Positions 63,086-64,000 of a stretch of 64,000 nt of DNA are shown in pieces (position 1 is the stretch's first letter; each line of letters begins with the position of its first letter). The notes beneath the pieces are model-generated. The model had not been told where the DNA came from and searched no databases. It was given only the letters and a program-made list of their open reading frames with translations. The translations under genes and the position numbers were made by a program. The stretch is from NCBI GenBank assembly GCA_030390025.1, contig CM059431.1:113028001-113092000 (forward strand), read 5' to 3'. The DNA is from Squalus acanthias. Lineage: Eukaryota.

Positions 63086-63697
63086 GCTCACTTATTTAAA
63101 TCTCAGCAGTATAAATAAGGGAGACTAGAGTGCAGTTTGTCATGGAGTGCAGATTGGAACAGAGTGTTAAGCTGCGAGTTTGGTGAGTGAGGGAGTAAAT
63201 CTTAAAGGTTAATCTCTTATTTTTATAAATTCTAGTCTTGTGTGCTTGCAATTAGCATTTACATTTACTGTTTCAAGTTTTAAGTTTCTTCCAGGCTTGG
63301 GCAGGGCTAAGCAAGCTCTGTGCTGGAGAGCAGGTGAGAGTAATTGTGGTAACACAATACAGCTTCCTGTGACTTGAACTTTATTACATCACTTCCTGTG
63401 ATTAGTCCAGGATAAATACTGGGCTGAGCAGTTGGATCCTGGAGAGGCATAGAGTAAGACCTCTTTTGTATGTAGCACCTTTTTAGTTGATTAAAGCTTA
63501 CTTTAAGTTCACCACGCGTAAGGCTCATTCTTACGACAGTAATTAATTAATTAACTGGTCTAATCTAGTTCTGTAACTGCCAGAGAGCTCACTTATTTCA
63601 ATCTCAGCAGTATAAATAAGGGAGACTAGAGTGCAGTTTGTCACAGAGTGCAGATGGGAACAGAGTGTTAAGCTGCGAGTTTGGTGAGTTCGGGAGT
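63086..63697 (+). repeat. 111-bp direct repeat (63086-63196 and 63587-63697), possibly the 5' region of a retroelement that continues past the window
   Basis: gctcacttattt.aatctcagcagtataaataagggagactagagtgcag...gagtttggtgagt..gggagt is present twice, 501 bp apart. Confidence 0.75.
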
Positions 63698-64000
63698 GGA
63701 GGTGTTCCTTCCTTTTTCCATCTTTGTCAGCTTCCTGGTGCGGCGGCGGACCTGCGTGAGGCGAGGTGGCGGCAGAGGGTTTAAAAGGCTCCAGAGACCA
63801 GGTAAGGCGGGACCAGTCTCCGAACTCGGAGGGAGGGAGAGAGGTAAAAAATAATCGAGGTGTGATGTCACCAGAAAGCAGGTAAGTAATTGGTTGGTGA
63901 GTATTTCTCTCTTTTTAAACTTAAACTCTGTGGTTTATAGTTTCTAAGGTGTGATATTCATCAGGCGGGGCAGAGGGTATTTAAAAAATATTAATACATT

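Overview
This is eukaryotic vertebrate DNA, most likely from a cartilaginous fish. The evidence is DeuSINE/SacSINE1-type SINEs and abundant CR1 and L2 LINE fragments. There are no prokaryotic operons, CRISPR arrays or rRNA/tRNA genes. One + strand multi-exon gene spans about 1.35-59 kb and is a probable sciellin (SCEL) orthologue. I assembled 26 GT-AG coding exons by hand (1842 nt, 613 aa, ATG at 1409, TAA ending at 56807). The protein has an N-terminal 'DNDWIR...NYGK' region, a Ser/Thr-rich core built from 21 consecutive phase-2/phase-2 exons that include several duplicated exon families, and a C-terminal LIM domain. The introns hold a 3.4-kb CR1 LINE, L2 and other LINE fragments (several nested), and DeuSINEs. 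They also hold a probable LF-SINE-like relic, Penelope-type hairpin remnants, and a decayed PIF/Harbinger transposon with TIRs and a 3-bp TSD. Many Harbinger-type MITEs are present, including a hairpin-packed family whose two copies show compensatory stem changes. Repeat family names come from recalled consensus sequences, not database searches, and repeat boundaries are approximate. I found no clearly new biological system. The MITE hairpin covariation and the modular exon architecture are the most interesting leads.
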